Positions 62,316 through 64,000 of a stretch of DNA of 64,000 nt are shown piece by piece; the stretch's first letter is position 1; each line of letters begins with the position of its first letter. A program made the position numbers and the translations under genes. This DNA comes from Clostridia bacterium (lineage in GTDB: Bacteria; Bacillota; Clostridia; UBA1381; UMGS1253). The stretch lies in assembly GCA_045546315.1 (NCBI GenBank), contig JAZQCN010000036.1:33574-97573 (forward strand). The letters run 5' to 3'. The notes under the pieces are model-generated. The model saw nothing but the letters and a program-made list of their open reading frames with translations, was not told where the DNA came from and did no database searches.

Positions 62316-63173
62316 ATGTCAAAAACCGTTTTTTGTTATTTTACAACAAAGGAGGAGCAACAATTGAGTTTACCGCTTACCGCCACTCGCGGCACAGGGA
62401 CTTCGGGTGTCATCTCTCTCTTGCCAATTGACATCATTCATCCCAACCCATACCAACCCAGAAACCAGTTTGACCCAACAGCACTCGAAGAGCTCTGCGC
62501 CTCCATCAAGGCCTACGGCATCTTGCAGCCGATTACGGTAAGGCGTCTCGGCGGCGGCTATGAGCTGGTTGCAGGCGAGCGCCGCCTGCGCGCTGCCAAA
62601 ATGGCAAAGCTCACCTCCGTTCCCGCGGTTATAGTTAATTTAAGCGAGGAGGATTCTGCTTTGGTTGCGCTCTTGGAAAATCTCCAGCGCTGCGATTTAA
62701 CCTTTTTAGAGGAAGCCGAGGGCTACGAAAAGCTTGTGCGCCTGCACGGAATGACGCAAGAGCAAATCGCACAGCGCATCGGCAAAACGCAAAGCGCCGT
62801 AGCCAACAAGCTTCGCCTTTTGCGCCTGCCTGCGATGATTAAAAGAAAAATCCGGGAGCACAATTTAACCGAGCGGCACGCGCGTGCGCTGTTGCGCCTC
62901 GGCGATGACTGCAAGCTGCAGACGCAGGCGCTTGAGCGCATCATCAAGCGCAGCTTAAATGTCAGTCAGACAGAGCAGCTGATTGAAAACATGCTGAAAG
63001 AAAGCACGCCTGAAAAATCACCGACACTCTGTCTCGGAAATCACAGCTTGAAAATCGCAGCAAACACGCTGCGACAAGCCGTACAAATGATGAAAGAGTC
63101 CGGCATTCGTGCCGTTTTAAAAGAAAAAAAGACAGACGGCTATGTTGAATACACCGTAACCCTGCCTCTCTGA
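62316..63173 (+). CDS. noc: ParB-family nucleoid-occlusion-type protein (Noc-like)
   Basis: ..PIDIIHPNPYQPRNQFD..LQPITVR..YELVAGERRLRAAK..ALLENLQR..LTERHARALL..LNVSQTEQL, located directly after rsmG as in Bacillus. The N-terminus MSKTVFCYFTTKEEQQ resembles the Noc membrane-targeting N-terminus. An alternative TTG start at 62364 has a better RBS (GGAGGAG). Confidence 0.8.
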   Translation: MSKTVFCYFTTKEEQQLSLPLTATRGTGTSGVISLLPIDIIHPNPYQPRNQFDPTALEELCASIKAYGILQPITVRRLGGGYELVAGERRLRAAKMAKLTSVPAVIVNLSEEDSALVALLENLQRCDLTFLEEAEGYEKLVRLHGMTQEQIAQRIGKTQSAVANKLRLLRLPAMIKRKIREHNLTERHARALLRLGDDCKLQTQALERIIKRSLNVSQTEQLIENMLKESTPEKSPTLCLGNHSLKIAANTLRQAVQMMKESGIRAVLKEKKTDGYVEYTVTLPL

Positions 63174-63219
63174 CGAATGTGTTACCCCGCACACTCGTTT
63201 GATATATATCCCCTTAAAA

Positions 63220-63261
63220 GAAGCCCGACGATTCCCCCATCGCCGGGCTTCCTGCTTTTTT
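63220..63261. terminator. Bidirectional terminator
   Basis: GAAGCCCGACGAT-TCCCCC-ATCGCCGGGCTTC followed by CTGCTTTTTT. Confidence 0.7.
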
Positions 63262-64000
63262 ATCCGATGACCTCGTGCGGAAATTTCTTGCGAAACTGCA
63301 GAGGCGTATAGCCGGTTTTCTTTTTAAACATCCGAATGAAATAGTTATAATCCGCAAAACCAACCGACTCGCTGATTTGCGTAATCGGCAAATTCGTCTT
63401 TGCCAGAAGAGATTTTGCGCGTTCCAGCCGTTTAAGCAGGATATACGCAGTAACTGTTGTTTTAAAATAGGTATGAAACAACGTATAAAGCTGATTCTTC
63501 GTGACAGAAAACTGCTTACACAAATCCTCAAGACGGATCGGTCTTTCTAAATTCTCATCCAAATAAGCCTCAATGCTTGAGGCAAGCTCATTTTTTTCCA
63601 CTTTGACAATCTGGCGCAAATGCAAATAAGATGCACAAATGTGCAGAATATTTGCTGCCGCCTCAATCTTTTCCCGGTTTACAACCAAAAGTGCATCGTA
63701 GAGCTTGTCTACAACGCCCTCCTCTAAACCATAATTCTTGCACGCCTCTATGACCTTCGCCTTGTCTGCAAACTTACCCTCTGCATCCACTGCCTGCCCG
63801 AACATCATATAGCCGATGATTTCTCCTGCGTATATAATCGGCGTTGCCGTATCCATCAGGCCGGCGTGGCAGGTAAAGGTATGCGGCGCACGCTTTTCCG
63901 CCGCTTTAATGCACGCCTGCATATCGGAGCTTTGACAGCGCATCCTCCCCTTCGGTGTTGATTTGATTTTCGCGCACAATGTCGCCATCGGGTTCGGATA
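63260..64000 (-). CDS. AraC-family regulator with an N-terminal PocR sensory domain (5' end beyond the right edge)
   Basis: PocR-type block ..CAKIKSTPKGRMRCQSSDMQACI..FTCHAGLMDTATPIIYAGEIIGYMMFGQ, and a C-terminal HTH ..TKNQLYTLFHTYFKTTVTAYILLKRLERAKSLLAKTNLPITQISESVGFADYNYFIRMFKK. The frame stays open upstream of the track start to nt 64000. Confidence 0.75.
   Translation of the reverse strand, partial: YPNPMATLCAKIKSTPKGRMRCQSSDMQACIKAAEKRAPHTFTCHAGLMDTATPIIYAGEIIGYMMFGQAVDAEGKFADKAKVIEACKNYGLEEGVVDKLYDALLVVNREKIEAAANILHICASYLHLRQIVKVEKNELASSIEAYLDENLERPIRLEDLCKQFSVTKNQLYTLFHTYFKTTVTAYILLKRLERAKSLLAKTNLPITQISESVGFADYNYFIRMFKKKTGYTPLQFRKKFPHEVIG

Noticed and set aside
1-64000. A search for mobile-element hallmarks (transposase, integrase, long terminal inverted repeats) and for CRISPR, rRNA or tRNA genes.
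   Set aside because: None was recognised in any frame. Only short REP-like elements and a duplicated terminator hairpin were found.

Overview
This is a chromosomal segment of roughly 50% GC (by eye) from a spore-forming, saccharolytic Firmicute of the class Clostridia. The evidence is a ctsR-mcsA-mcsB-clpC operon, a GerA-family germinant-receptor operon, rpsF-ssb-rpsR, rsmG-noc, and many secreted CAZymes. All calls rest on reading the sequence and translations; no searches were run.

The window is a mosaic of three kinds of content:
- **Carbohydrate-utilisation loci.** These comprise GH35, two GH39-like enzymes, GH10, a GH78-like enzyme, a PL8 lyase, a heparinase II/III-like lyase, esterases and a sugar-acid dehydratase/aldolase cluster. 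Most are paired with one of six AraC-family regulators.
- **Housekeeping operons.** These include ACT-hom-lysC-rlmB, cdd-udp, uppP, ygiQ, folD, tagA-tmk and rpmB.
- **Short low-GC or structured inserts.**

The strongest candidate for something undescribed lies at 2.8-6.8 kb. A cobalamin riboswitch with its own terminator controls two genes. The first is a 967-aa secreted, SLH-anchored protein. It combines a prenyltransferase-like alpha/alpha toroid with a DUF4430 domain, which is the two-domain logic of eukaryotic transcobalamin and intrinsic factor. The second is a membrane-anchored DUF4430 protein. No transporter lies in the operon, so this may be a Gram-positive cell-surface B12-capture system.

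Other items worth a second look:
- a 34-aa Cys-rich mini-gene with a strong RBS that is absent from the ORF track
- a low-GC two-gene cassette bracketed by near-identical terminator hairpins downstream of rpsR
- two ~80-nt GC-rich REP/BIME-like elements and a ~115-nt hairpin after rpmB
- a perfect 18-bp tandem repeat in a divergent promoter
- a DUF2974-nucleoside hydrolase-ribokinase operon divergent from the germinant-receptor operon
- a preQ1-I riboswitch upstream of queT
- a textbook CtsR operator array

No CRISPR array, tRNA, rRNA, transposase or integrase was seen.
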